Below are positions 17,880 to 28,681 of a stretch of DNA of 64,000 nt, one piece after another. The stretch lies in contig JACRMU010000007.1 of assembly GCA_016219515.1 (NCBI GenBank), positions 40-64,039 of the forward strand, given 5' to 3'. Source of the stretch: Deltaproteobacteria bacterium (GTDB taxonomy: Bacteria; Desulfobacterota; Deferrimicrobia; Deferrimicrobiales; Deferrimicrobiaceae). How positions within the stretch are numbered: position 1 is the stretch's first letter; each line of letters opens with the position of its first letter. A program made the translations under genes and the position numbers. The notes under the pieces are model-generated. The model did not search any database and was not told the DNA's origin. It saw nothing but the letters and a program-made list of their open reading frames with translations.

Positions 17880-18653
17880 GTGAACGGTTGCCGTAAATAC
17901 GAGGATCTTCTTGCCAGGTACATCCACGGCCAGGTTCTCCTCCAGGAGGTAGAGGACCTGGAAGGACACCTGGCCATGTGCGCGGCCTGCGAGAAGCTTT
18001 ACCGGGAAATCGCGGACATCGATCGAGTCCTGCGTGAGATGCCGGATAAGTCCGTCGAACCTCCGGCCCATCTCCGATCGAAAATCGTTGCGAACCTGCA
18101 GGAGGAGGAAAGAACCCCGGCCTGGCGGCCCTGGGGGAAATGGGCGGCTGCGATCGGGGCGGCCGCCGCGTGCCTCCTTGCGGGCGTCGTGCTTTACCGG
18201 GGAGCCGTGACGAAGGAATCCCGCGTGGCGCCCCTTCCTTCCGCGGCGCCTCCCGCCGCGCAGTCGCCGCAGGAAACCGCTCCCGGGGCTTCGGCGAAAG
18301 CCCCCGCTGCGCGGCCCCCGTTGTCTTCCGCCACGGCGCCGGCTCCTTCTCCCCACGCCGTGGAACTCCGGATCGTTCGCGAGGTAAAGATCTATTTCTA
18401 CCATCCGGCCGCGTCGAAGGTCGCCGTGACCGGCGATTTCAACGGCTGGAATCCCGAAGGCGTTCTCCTCACGGCATCCGGGGAGCCGGGGGTATGGAAG
18501 ACGACCTTGCGGCTCCATCCGGGGGCCTATTCCTACATCTTCATCGTGGACGGAAACCTCCTCGTTCCCGACCCCAATGCCCCCGACCAGATGCCGGACG
18601 GATACGGGGGGACGAATTCCATCCTGCTGGTCAAGGGAGGAAACTCCGTGTGA
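17880..18653 (+). CDS. Anti-sigma factor (zf-HC2) with a C-terminal CBM48/AMPK-beta-like glycogen-binding-type domain
   Basis: N-terminal HLAMCAACEKLYREI zinc-finger anti-sigma motif. One TM helix. C-terminal VKIYFYHPAASKVAVTGDFNGWNPEGVLLTASGEPGVWKTTLRLHPGAYSYIFIVDG is E-set/CBM48-like. Confidence 0.7.
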   Translation: MNGCRKYEDLLARYIHGQVLLQEVEDLEGHLAMCAACEKLYREIADIDRVLREMPDKSVEPPAHLRSKIVANLQEEERTPAWRPWGKWAAAIGAAAACLLAGVVLYRGAVTKESRVAPLPSAAPPAAQSPQETAPGASAKAPAARPPLSSATAPAPSPHAVELRIVREVKIYFYHPAASKVAVTGDFNGWNPEGVLLTASGEPGVWKTTLRLHPGAYSYIFIVDGNLLVPDPNAPDQMPDGYGGTNSILLVKGGNSV

Positions 18654-19249
18654 GGTTCCGGGCGGTCTTCGCATCGGCGCTCGCGGCGGCGCTTTGTTTC
18701 CTTCCGCTCCCGGCGTTCGCGCAGCACGCGGCCATCGAGGATCTCTGCCGGCTCCACGGGATCGAGCGGCAGGAGAACATCGTTCGGATCGGCGAGGCGT
18801 ACGCGGCGGCCCGCAAGGCCGGCATCGGCGAGGAGGAGCTCCTTCCTTTCCTCGAGGAGATCCTGAAGCACAAGCTGGACTGCCCGCAGATGGTGCGGGT
18901 CCTCGCCGCCGCCACGAAGCTGCGGGAGGAGGGGCTTCCCTATTTCGTCGTGTTCAGCAAGGTGAGGGAGGGAGTCGCCAAGGAGGCGGCGCCGGCGCTG
19001 GTGGTCGAAGCGGCGGAATCGAAACTTAAGACTTTATCCGAATCGCGCGATGTCTTAAAATCCCTCGAGGCAAACGGGTACAGGATTCTCGATTTTCAGA
19101 ATGCGGCAGTCATCGTTTCTTCCTATATAGAGAAAGGATATACATCGGGCGAAATCGTTTCACAAATCCGGAAGAAGGGGATCCAGGGAGCGGGATTTGC
19201 CGCGCTGTCCGGGGTGGTGGAGAGAAAAGTGAAGCGGAAAGAACGCTGA
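18650..19249 (+). CDS. Secreted hypothetical protein
   Basis: GTG overlaps the anti-sigma stop (GTGTGA). Signal peptide VRFRAVFASALAAALCFLPLPAFAQ. No recognisable domain. Confidence 0.45.
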   Translation: MRFRAVFASALAAALCFLPLPAFAQHAAIEDLCRLHGIERQENIVRIGEAYAAARKAGIGEEELLPFLEEILKHKLDCPQMVRVLAAATKLREEGLPYFVVFSKVREGVAKEAAPALVVEAAESKLKTLSESRDVLKSLEANGYRILDFQNAAVIVSSYIEKGYTSGEIVSQIRKKGIQGAGFAALSGVVERKVKRKER

Positions 19250-19251
19250 CC

Positions 19252-22200
19252 TTGCGCAGATTCGCCATCTGGGCGGTGTTCCTGGCCGTCGCCGGGGGGT
19301 GGCTCCTGTTTTCCTCCAGCGGACAGGCCGGGATCGGGGTCGTCGGAAGTCCCCACGATTTTTCCACCACGACGCCGGGGCCCTGGACCCGGGACAATTC
19401 CGCATACACCTCGGGGGGGATCGCCCCCTCGGGCGTCTGTTCCGCCTGCCATGTGCCGCATTCCGCGAAATACGCCCCCCTGTGGCCGAGGGACCTTTCC
19501 ACCTACGACAACGCGCTCCTGCTGGATGGAAGCGGCGGGGCGACCGGGAAGCCGAATTACCGGAGGCCGATGACCAATCAGTGCTTCGACTGCCATGACT
19601 ACCACCAGACGACCACGGAACGGATCGACGACCTGCCGAACTTCTCGAAGTTCTCCAGCGTGAGCTCCGGCCACAAGCCGCAGAACATCGCGTTCGGTTA
19701 CACCACACCCACGACCGGAAAGGACCTGAACTCCACGATGAAGGAGGACATCCCGGCGGGATCGGTGTCCGGGTATTATGAAAACACCCCGCCCTACCAG
19801 ACCCAGCCCACGAGAAATTACGGCGCGACCGACAACGTCCGCCGACCCCTCGACAACACCACCTTGAGCCGGACCGGAGGCCATTACTTCAAGTCGGGGG
19901 ACCCCAACGCGAGCGGCGGGATCTATAAGGGGGACAAGCTGCCGTGCAGCGACTGCCACGAGCCGCACATGTGGGACGGCAACGGCGCCTGGCAGGCGTT
20001 CATCCGGAGGAGCTGGCCCTCCGGGAGCACGGTCGCCACCCGCCTTCAATCCTGGACGGGGCGGGCGAGCACCTACATGGCGAACGCGCCGACCCCGACC
20101 GGCGCGACCCGCAGCGACCTCGACAGCAGAACGATCTGCGAAGCGTGCCACGGGTCGGCGGACAGCGGCAATCCGCCGGTCACCTACCCCCAGATCAACG
20201 ACTCCACGTCCCCGAACCCGTATACGAACAATCAGCAGATCGTCGCCGCGCCGTCGACGGTTTCGGAACACTTCAACTCGAGGTCGCAGGCGGCCTGCGT
20301 TTCCTGCCACAACCACAACAACATCGGCGCGAGCTGCTCCCAGTGCCACGGCTTTCCGCCGAGTTCCACCGCTACCATCAAGTACCCGACGAACTTCACG
20401 CGCGTGCCCAATCCGGACAACGACGCGGACACCTCGACGCGGGACTCCCACGCCATGCATTACGGGGCGAAATCGGGGGAGACCCGGAATGCCGCCGCCG
20501 GGTATGTCTATGCCTTCGATTGCAGCACCTGCCATTACGGCTCGGCGCTCGGGACCGATTCGGCCATGGGGCACCATCAGGACAACCTGGTCTCGGTTGT
20601 CATCCAGGGGATCTATACGAAAGCGCCGAACGGCCCGGCCGGAGCGTACGACAACACGAACTATTACAACCAGGGCCCGGGGTTCCCGTTCCCGCCTACT
20701 CGGACGGGCCTGCTGGACAATACGAACGTTTCGCCCAACGGATGGGGGGCCGGGTCCCGCTACGGCGGCAACACCTGCCGCAATGTCTACTGCCACAGCG
20801 CGGGTCGGGCGCTCGCATCGATGACGCTGAACAACGACAACGACTTCCGGTCCCCCGTGTGGGACAACGGCCCCAGGCGCTGCAACGACTGCCACGGAAA
20901 AGGGACGGACAACACCGCCGTCAACTGGGGAATGCCCAGCTATGCGAACGGGGGAGCCGGACTCGACAACGCGAACTCCCATTCCGAACACGTGGTCGAC
21001 AACAGGATCGAGTGCTCCGTGTGCCATGCGGGGACGGTCACGGGCACGGGGGCGAGCCGCGCCATCGTGAGCACGGTGCCGACCCTGCACGTGAACCGGG
21101 TGCGCAACGTGCAGTTCGGCGGGGGGGCGACGGGCACCTACGACAACGCGACGAAACGGTGCAGCGTCGCCAGCTGCCACGGAGCCGGCAATCCCCAATG
21201 GGGCGGCACACTGGTCGGCTGCAGGGCGTGCCATTTGTCGAACAGCCCGGACACCGATTTCTACCTGAGCGGGACCGACAACCTCTATTCCGGCTCGGCG
21301 GTGACCAACATCGACAACACGGAATGGACATGGTCGGGGCATGGCCGGCCCACCGCGTCGGGGGCCTACGAGAAGAGCGGCTACCCCGCCGCGAACTTCG
21401 ACGGGGCCGCCGGCTCCGGCGACTCCTGCTACTATTGCCATAATTACTATGTGGCGCACGACAACTCCGTGAATCCGTTCCGGCTCAAGGACCAGACGGG
21501 GGCCGCCTCCTACCTGGCGACGCTGGGCTGGAACGCGACCTGCATGGTCTGCCATTTCCACTCGTCGACGCCGACGGCGAACCAGCCCCCGGGGTACCGG
21601 CCCGACAACACGTACACGCTGGTGAGGGCCGCATCCTCCTTCGTGGACAACGCGCATTACGGCACGAAGCATACTTCGACCAACGGCGGGAAGTTCTGCT
21701 GGGACTGCCACGATCCCCACGGCGACCGGACCCAGACCAACGGGAACAACATCTTCATGATCCACGGCGGTTCCGCGTCCCGCGGCGGGACCGCGGTCGG
21801 CTCGCTCCTGCGCCAGAGCGACAATGTTTTCGGCATCCGGGGATCCGCGGGCCAGCTCACGACCAACTACCCGGTCTTCACCGACAACGCTTCCGGCGGC
21901 AATTACGTCGACAACAACACGCCGAAACGGGGGGTCTGCCAGGTCTGCCACACGCAGCCGACGACCGGACACTACCGGTCGGACTATTACGACGGCCACA
22001 ATCTAACGGCGCGCTGCACCTCGTGCCATCCCCACAACGCGGGGTTCGCTCCCAGCGGGGGGAGAAACATCGAGCAGTTCATGGACAACGTGACGGGCAG
22101 CCCGTCGACGAACTACGAGGACCGCTCGCGGCACCCGCTGACCCTTTCGGGAAAGACGTACCCCGCGGAGGTGAACTGCCTGGGCTGCCACGGGGTCTCC

Positions 22201-23076
22201 GGCACCACGAGCGTTTCCAACGAGTGCCAGACGTGCCACTACGAATACCGCGCTGCGGACAACACGGCGCATCCGAACTCCGTGATGGCGTGGGCGACCC
22301 CGGCCGCGCCTGCGACGCTTTATGCCGCGTACCCCTCGGGCTCGATCAAGGACACGTCGCAGGGGGATGTCTGGTGCCTGCTGTGCCACGGGGTATCGAG
22401 CGGCCCGCAGCTGAACGGCCGCACGCCGCCGAACGTTCTCTCCGGCGGGCAGGTCTGGAGCGGGAGCGGCGCCTCGGGGCACGGGGCGGCTGCAAGCCTG
22501 TCGGGGGGGACTGCGGGGCCGCCGGCGTACCATTGCGGCGACTGCCACTACTCGACGGCGACCCGGACGGGCAGCTCGGAATCGCGGGACCAGCTGGCGG
22601 GAGGGTTCCACGGGAGCGTGAACCGGAAGCTGGTCCGGAACGACAACGCCTCGATCCAGGAATATCCGCACCCGGCGTCGGCAGACACGCGGTACGACAA
22701 CACGGACGAGCGTTCGACGCAGATGGATTCCTGGTGTGCGACCCAGTGCCACAGGAATTCGACCGACGGCATCCCCAGGAACGACAACGTGGTGGCCCAC
22801 ACCTGGTCGATGAAGGCCGGCGGGGTCCGTTCCGGGACCTTGAGCCACCCGACGAACATGGCGCCCGTGCCCGACGCCGCGCGGTTCCGGAACCCGCCGG
22901 CGCTTCCGCTGTCGGAGTACCTGGGGGGCGGGGCATCGCTGCCGGGTTCCGGGAACGAGGTCTGCGTCACCTGCCACGAACCGCACGCGGCAAGCAACAC
23001 GCAGTCGGACAAGCAGATGCTGCGGATGGAGTGGAACGACAACAACTCCACGCTGTGCAAGCAGTGCCACCTATGA
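19252..23076 (+). CDS. Giant multiheme c-type cytochrome (about 21 CxxCH plus 3 atypical CX3-4CH; 1274 aa)
   Basis: Signal peptide. CxxCH sites include CSACH, CFDCH, CSDCH, CEACH, CVSCH, CSQCH, CSTCH, CNDCH, CSVCH, CRACH, CYYCH, CMVCH, CWDCH, CQVCH, CTSCH, CLGCH, CQTCH, CLLCH, CGDCH, CVTCH and CKQCH. Atypical sites are CRNVYCH, CSVASCH and CATQCH. TTG start per the ORF track. Confidence 0.9.
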   Translation: MRRFAIWAVFLAVAGGWLLFSSSGQAGIGVVGSPHDFSTTTPGPWTRDNSAYTSGGIAPSGVCSACHVPHSAKYAPLWPRDLSTYDNALLLDGSGGATGKPNYRRPMTNQCFDCHDYHQTTTERIDDLPNFSKFSSVSSGHKPQNIAFGYTTPTTGKDLNSTMKEDIPAGSVSGYYENTPPYQTQPTRNYGATDNVRRPLDNTTLSRTGGHYFKSGDPNASGGIYKGDKLPCSDCHEPHMWDGNGAWQAFIRRSWPSGSTVATRLQSWTGRASTYMANAPTPTGATRSDLDSRTICEACHGSADSGNPPVTYPQINDSTSPNPYTNNQQIVAAPSTVSEHFNSRSQAACVSCHNHNNIGASCSQCHGFPPSSTATIKYPTNFTRVPNPDNDADTSTRDSHAMHYGAKSGETRNAAAGYVYAFDCSTCHYGSALGTDSAMGHHQDNLVSVVIQGIYTKAPNGPAGAYDNTNYYNQGPGFPFPPTRTGLLDNTNVSPNGWGAGSRYGGNTCRNVYCHSAGRALASMTLNNDNDFRSPVWDNGPRRCNDCHGKGTDNTAVNWGMPSYANGGAGLDNANSHSEHVVDNRIECSVCHAGTVTGTGASRAIVSTVPTLHVNRVRNVQFGGGATGTYDNATKRCSVASCHGAGNPQWGGTLVGCRACHLSNSPDTDFYLSGTDNLYSGSAVTNIDNTEWTWSGHGRPTASGAYEKSGYPAANFDGAAGSGDSCYYCHNYYVAHDNSVNPFRLKDQTGAASYLATLGWNATCMVCHFHSSTPTANQPPGYRPDNTYTLVRAASSFVDNAHYGTKHTSTNGGKFCWDCHDPHGDRTQTNGNNIFMIHGGSASRGGTAVGSLLRQSDNVFGIRGSAGQLTTNYPVFTDNASGGNYVDNNTPKRGVCQVCHTQPTTGHYRSDYYDGHNLTARCTSCHPHNAGFAPSGGRNIEQFMDNVTGSPSTNYEDRSRHPLTLSGKTYPAEVNCLGCHGVSGTTSVSNECQTCHYEYRAADNTAHPNSVMAWATPAAPATLYAAYPSGSIKDTSQGDVWCLLCHGVSSGPQLNGRTPPNVLSGGQVWSGSGASGHGAAASLSGGTAGPPAYHCGDCHYSTATRTGSSESRDQLAGGFHGSVNRKLVRNDNASIQEYPHPASADTRYDNTDERSTQMDSWCATQCHRNSTDGIPRNDNVVAHTWSMKAGGVRSGTLSHPTNMAPVPDAARFRNPPALPLSEYLGGGASLPGSGNEVCVTCHEPHAASNTQSDKQMLRMEWNDNNSTLCKQCHL

Positions 23077-24002
23077 GGCGGATTGCCGTCGTCTGCGCGG
23101 CCCTTTGCCTGTCGATCGCCGCGGAATCCCGCGGCGCAGCGGTGGAGGTTCAGGCGTTTTTCGGGAAGGAGGCCCTTCCGTTCAGTTGGGTTTCGGGGGT
23201 GTTCCGCGACGGGAACGACGTTTGGGTCGGCACGAAGAACGGTACGAGGATCTACAGCCTGGCCGGAAAGGCATGGAGAACGCCGCCGCCGGGTTTCACG
23301 GGGAACGCCGTGACGGGCCTTGCACGGTTCGGAGGGTCCCTGTACGTGGCGACCGAGGCGGGGCTGAACATCGGCGGCCCGGCCGGCTGGAAAGCCATGA
23401 ACCGCATCGCGAACGCCGTGGCGTCCGACGGAGACCTGGCCGCTTCGGAAAACACGTTGTGGATGGCCGCCCGCACGATGACCGGGGGACTCCTTCAGTT
23501 CGACGGATCCGGCTGGAAACTCCTTTCCCGGGGGGAAGGAACGGGGGTGATGAGCAACATTACCCGCCTTTCCGTCCGGAACGGGGAGCTGTGGGCCGGG
23601 ACCACGAACAACGGGATTTACCTTTTGAAATCGGGAAAATGGACGGTCATCGGCCCGGAGGACGGACTTCCCGGACTCTGGATCACCTCGCTTGCGGGAA
23701 CCGGCGACGGGATGTACGCGGGTTCTCCCGACGGCCTGGGGTTTTACGACGGGAGCCGGTGGAGGGTCTACCGCGTGGCGGACGGCCTCCCCAGCAACAA
23801 AGTGAGCGCGCTCAAAGTATATGAAAACAGGGTCGTTATCGGGACGTTCGACCGGGGGATTTCGATCTTCGACGGGAGGCGCTTCCGGAACATCGGGCGC
23901 GCGGAAGGGCTCTCCGACGACCGCGTGGAATCGATCGAGGTCGTCGGGGACGAGATCTGGGTGGGCACGATCAACGGGCTGTCGCTCGTCCGCATCCCCT
24001 GA
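23073..24002 (+). CDS. Secreted beta-propeller protein with two-component-regulator-propeller (Reg_prop)-like repeats
   Basis: ATG overlaps the cytochrome stop (ATGA). Signal peptide. Six repeats of the type ...WVGTKNGTRIYS..., ...LWAGTTNNGIYLLKSGKW..., ...IWVGTINGLSLV... Confidence 0.7.
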   Translation: MRRIAVVCAALCLSIAAESRGAAVEVQAFFGKEALPFSWVSGVFRDGNDVWVGTKNGTRIYSLAGKAWRTPPPGFTGNAVTGLARFGGSLYVATEAGLNIGGPAGWKAMNRIANAVASDGDLAASENTLWMAARTMTGGLLQFDGSGWKLLSRGEGTGVMSNITRLSVRNGELWAGTTNNGIYLLKSGKWTVIGPEDGLPGLWITSLAGTGDGMYAGSPDGLGFYDGSRWRVYRVADGLPSNKVSALKVYENRVVIGTFDRGISIFDGRRFRNIGRAEGLSDDRVESIEVVGDEIWVGTINGLSLVRIP

Positions 24003-24045
24003 AGCGGTTCCGGGGACGAGCGGCACGGGCGAGGGAGGAAAGAGC

Positions 24046-27000
24046 GTGGCGTACCGTCCGAGGCGCTTGAGCCGGTCCTGGTTCTTCGCCCTTGCCGTGG
24101 GGATCCTGCTCGCGGCGTGGAGCGCGGGGCTGGCGGACCACTCGAAGATGGACCCCAACGCCAGCTGCTATGCGTGCCACACCCTCAAGACGTCCGAGCT
24201 CCTGTCGGCGACCAAGAGCATCCGCACTTCCAAGCCGAAGATGACCAAGCTCGCGGACAACACGACGTGGACGGCGGGGATGCCTCTTTCGTGCGATTTC
24301 TGCCACCAGTCGGCGACCGACGTCCCTTCGCTGGTAAAGAGCACGAAAACCTCGCGCCACCCCGTGGACACGATCGGGAACGAGACGGACCCGACCCGGG
24401 AGATTTCCTGCAACGACTGCCACAACGCCTACTGGGATGCGACGGTCCCCGCCAACGACAACCACGAGGTGACCCCCAAGACGCTCCTGACGCAGGACAA
24501 CACGGACGGCTACCCGGACCACAAGGGGCTGGGATCGGACAACCAGTACGCGCACAACCTGCGTTCGAACCCTCCCCATCTGTCGAAGGGATACACCGGG
24601 AACATGAGTTTTTCCTCGACGACCCCCCGGATTTCCGACGGGACGTTCTGGTCGTCGTCGCTCGACGGAAGCAACCTGGTCTGCTTCGTCTGCCACGGGG
24701 GGTCGTCGTATCAGCCCCCGTTCCGCGGCGCGTCGGGGCGGTCGCAATACAACGTGATGTCGGATTACTCGGCGTCGGGTACGGCGGCGGGGCACAAGAT
24801 CAACGCGAACTTCGGCTCCAGCGGGGCCCTGGCGCAGGGCTCGAAGCTTCCGTGCTACGACTGCCACGCTTCCCATGGGAGCGCGAGCCGGCGCCTGATC
24901 CTGGACGGATATTTCGCGAGCGACAACGGGATGCGGAACATCGAGGGGACGTCGAGCCTCGCGGTGAACACGTTCACGAGCAGTTCCCCCGGCGCGACGG
25001 GAGACATCGCGGTGTGCGCGGGATGCCACAACACGGGGCTTGCGGCGACGGCGTTCAGCGCGACGGGGAAGGTGGAGAAGCTCAACCCGATGGACCCGTT
25101 CGTGAGCAGGGCGACCAGCCATACGGTGGTCGGGTCGTGGTCCTCGCCGTCGGCGACGAGGGGATGCCTGGGAACGTTTTCGGGTTGCCACGCCAGCCCG
25201 CACAATCCGATCGGGGAGAGCCTGGGAGGCCTTGGCTGCTCGACCTGCCACTCGACGATCTACACGGCGATGCAATCGTCCACGGGGTACCACCACGCGA
25301 TTCTTTCGGACAACGCGACGGCCCCGTACCCGACGAACGCGACTCCGGGCTCCGCGCCTGCGGACCGCACGTGCCGGATCTGCCACGTGGACCACGATTT
25401 CTTCAGCACCCAGACGGGCTCGAACCACCTCCGCGCGCGGAACCTGCGGCAGAGCATCTCGGTGCAGCCCAACGACAACATCTCCGCGGCGAGGCCCCTG
25501 AACACGGACTACGACAACACGCTCGGGGGGGTGTGCACCTCCTGCCACGCCAACGTGCAGACCAAGAGCGCGACGAACCTCCGGTCGGACAACGTGTGGC
25601 AGACCTCCGTGGTCAGCCAGGCGCTGTACGGGGTCGGCGCGCACAACTATGCGGTCACCTCTCCCTACATCAAGAGCCATTTCTCGTCCGACAACTCGGA
25701 CGCGACGAGCATCTTCCAGGCGAACTGCACGAAATGCCACAACGACACGATGCAGAAGAACTTCCAGGACAACAACGTTTCGTATCCGAACCAGTTCGGC
25801 CTGCACGACTCCGGGGCGGGAGGCGGCAGCGTCGTCGACAAGCTGCTGGGCCCGCTGGGGGCGACGAGCGTCGCTGAGGTCGCTGGGGAGAACTTCTGCT
25901 ACCGCTGCCACAGCCACAGCACGGACACGCTGCTGAACGGCCCCTCCAAGACGCAGGACGGGTACGACTGGTACGGCGGCAGCGTCAAGGCGATGACGCA
26001 GGCGTCGGAGAGCGTCTTCGGGGACTTCCAGAAGACCTCGCGGCACCCGGTCAAGACGGCGGACCAGAAAAGCGGGACCGCGGTGGTGTCCTGCGGGAAC
26101 TGCCACAACGCGCATGTCGTCGGCAGGACCGCGGACAACGCGGCGGTATCGAATCCCGACAATACCTATGCGATCGCCGTGTACACCACCATGGCGGGGC
26201 GGCTCAACTTCTGCCTGGCGTGCCACGACGGGAATCCCCCGGACAACACGGTGTCGGCGACCCGGTTCGTCCCCGCCCGCGTGCGGGTGGACAACGCCGT
26301 CATGAACAAGTCCACGTACGCGGCCAGGTCGCACTGGACCAGCGGCCAGGGTCAGATGTTCCTGTCCCTGGTGTGCACGAATTGCCATGACCGGCACGGC
26401 GGTTCGTTCGGAAAGCTTTTGGACAACGGCGTGAAATACCACCGCGGGCCGCAGTGGACCCCCCCCGCGTGCAATACCTGCCACGGATTCACCTCCCCTT
26501 CGGCGCCCACGGGGAACAACAACACGGAATGCTTCCGCTGCCACACGTACCAGGGGACCGGATACCCGGCGATCGAATCGGACCGGACGGCGGGGGACAA
26601 CGGCTACTTCGCCGCGCCGGGGACATCCGTGCGGTTCTCTCTCCGGTATGCCGGGAAGGCGGTGTACGAGGGGGCCTACTCGCCCCACAACAACACCGTG
26701 AAGACCTTTTCCGGGTTCGACAACGTGTCGCGCACGGTGAGCGACTGCAGGAATTGCCACGACGTCCACGGGACGGCGAACCCGTACGCGCAGCTCAAGG
26801 GGACGTACCGCTCGGGGAATTACGGGCTCTGCTTCCAGTGCCACGGGAAGACCGCGACCGCCACGGACAACATCTCCCGGTACTACCCGACGGCGGCCGG
26901 CGGCGACAACACGGACAGCGCGAGCGCGACGAACGCGGGCCACAACATCAAGACGGCGGGGGGGTACCTGGCGCAGTACACCTCGCTGCCGTGCTACGAC

Positions 27001-28680
27001 TGCCACGTGACGCACGGAAGCAAGAACTCGAACACGCAGCTCAAGAGCGACCAGACGGAGCGCGGCTGGAGCGGCCTGGGCGACACCAAGTACGGGAGCA
27101 CGCCTTCGGACAACGCGGCGGACAACAACAGCCGGAGGTTCTGTTTCGGGTGCCACGTGGCGTCGGACGGTTCCGGCACGGCGACGGTGGAGAACCTGTC
27201 GCAGGCGGGCGCGAACCGCCTGAAGCTGCCTTCGACCTACGGGATCGAGGAGCACAAGGGGGCGAGCGCGCAGGGGTGCCACCGGTGCCACTACGGGAAG
27301 AACTACAACGACAACACGTACGGCCCGCACTACCCGGCGACCGGGTTGTGCGACACGTGCCACGAGAGCCAGGGGACGAAGTCCGCGGGAGTGCCGACGT
27401 ACAACGGGGCGCACCTGAGGCACGTGGACAACACGACGTACCGGTTCGCCTGCAAGGAGTGCCACAGCTGGACGAAGGGATCGGGCCAGGCGGTGCACAA
27501 GAACGACAACACCGCCTCCGCGATCCACGCGGAGGTGGCGTTCGACAACCAGGGCTCCTCGTCGTGGGACAACATCCTGTACGCGGTGTCCACGACGTAC
27601 AAGTACCGCTCGCTGTACGCGAACCCCTATGGCGCAAGCGTGGCGTCCCCCGCGTACTCGGGAGGCACGGACAACGGAACGGACGGAAAGCAGGCGCTCC
27701 TGAAATGGCGGAACGGCAACTGCAGCAACGTCTGGTGCCACAGCACGGCGTACGCGGACAACGTGGCGAGGACCGTCGCGTGGCAGTCGGGCGTGCTCCC
27801 TTCCGGCTGCACCGGCTGCCACGGCGGCGGGAAGGCGGTCGCCGCCGCGAGCCGGATGGGGGCGTCCAACAACGGTTCTCCGGCGCACCTCGCGCACATC
27901 GACTCGAACCTCAGGTGCTACAAGTGCCATTACGGGACGATCACCGACAACACGCAGGACACGGTGATCAACGTCTACGACAACCATGTCAACGGCGTGA
28001 AAAACGTGCGCTTCCCGTCCGAGGTCGGCGGGACGTGGGACAACACGAACAAGACCTGCTCGGCGACTTACTGCCACGGCACGCCGGCGACGCTGCCCAA
28101 GTGGGACAACCTGTCGACGGTTTCCGGCTGCGGCGTGTGCCACCAGAACCAGGGGGCGGGGGCGACCGGGAGCTACGCGGGCCCGCACCATCCCCACACG
28201 ATCAGCAGCAAGCTCCGGATCGCCTGCGAGACGTGCCACGCGGTGAACGCGGCCGCGCATTCCAACACGATCCACGCGGGCGGCCCCGACAACGCGGCGT
28301 CGGGGAAGACGGCGGAAGTCCTGTACACCGATAACGCGCAAGGCCGGACGTACTCCGGCGTCGCGTTCCTGGCGAAGAACCTTTGGGTCAATCCGTTCGA
28401 CAACAACGCGGCGCTCACGCCCGTCTATGCGGGAGGTGCCTCCTCCGTGGGCAACGACGCCGTCAACGCCGCCATCCACTGGACGCAGGGGACCTGCAGC
28501 CAGGTGTGGTGCCACTCCAACGCGAAGCCCCTGGGCTGGAAGGGGGTGGCGGGGAACAACGCCTTCCGCTCCCCGCCGTGGACCTTTACCGCCTGCAATT
28601 ACTGCCACAATCCCCGTCCCACGGACGTGAACTGCACTCCGTGCCACCGCGGCGTCGGGACCGCCGCCGCCATGGCGGGC
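24046..28680 (+). CDS. Giant multiheme c-type cytochrome, N-terminal segment (about 29 CxxCH plus atypical sites); continues in another frame
   Basis: GTG at 24046 preceded by GGGAGGAAAGAGC (SD). Signal-like N-terminus with a dense run of CxxCH. The reading frame stays open to 28986, but the sequence after about 28680 is R/S/T-rich nonsense while the +2 frame carries on the cytochrome motifs, implying a frameshift near 28660-28690. Confidence 0.75.
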
Positions 28681-28681
28681 G

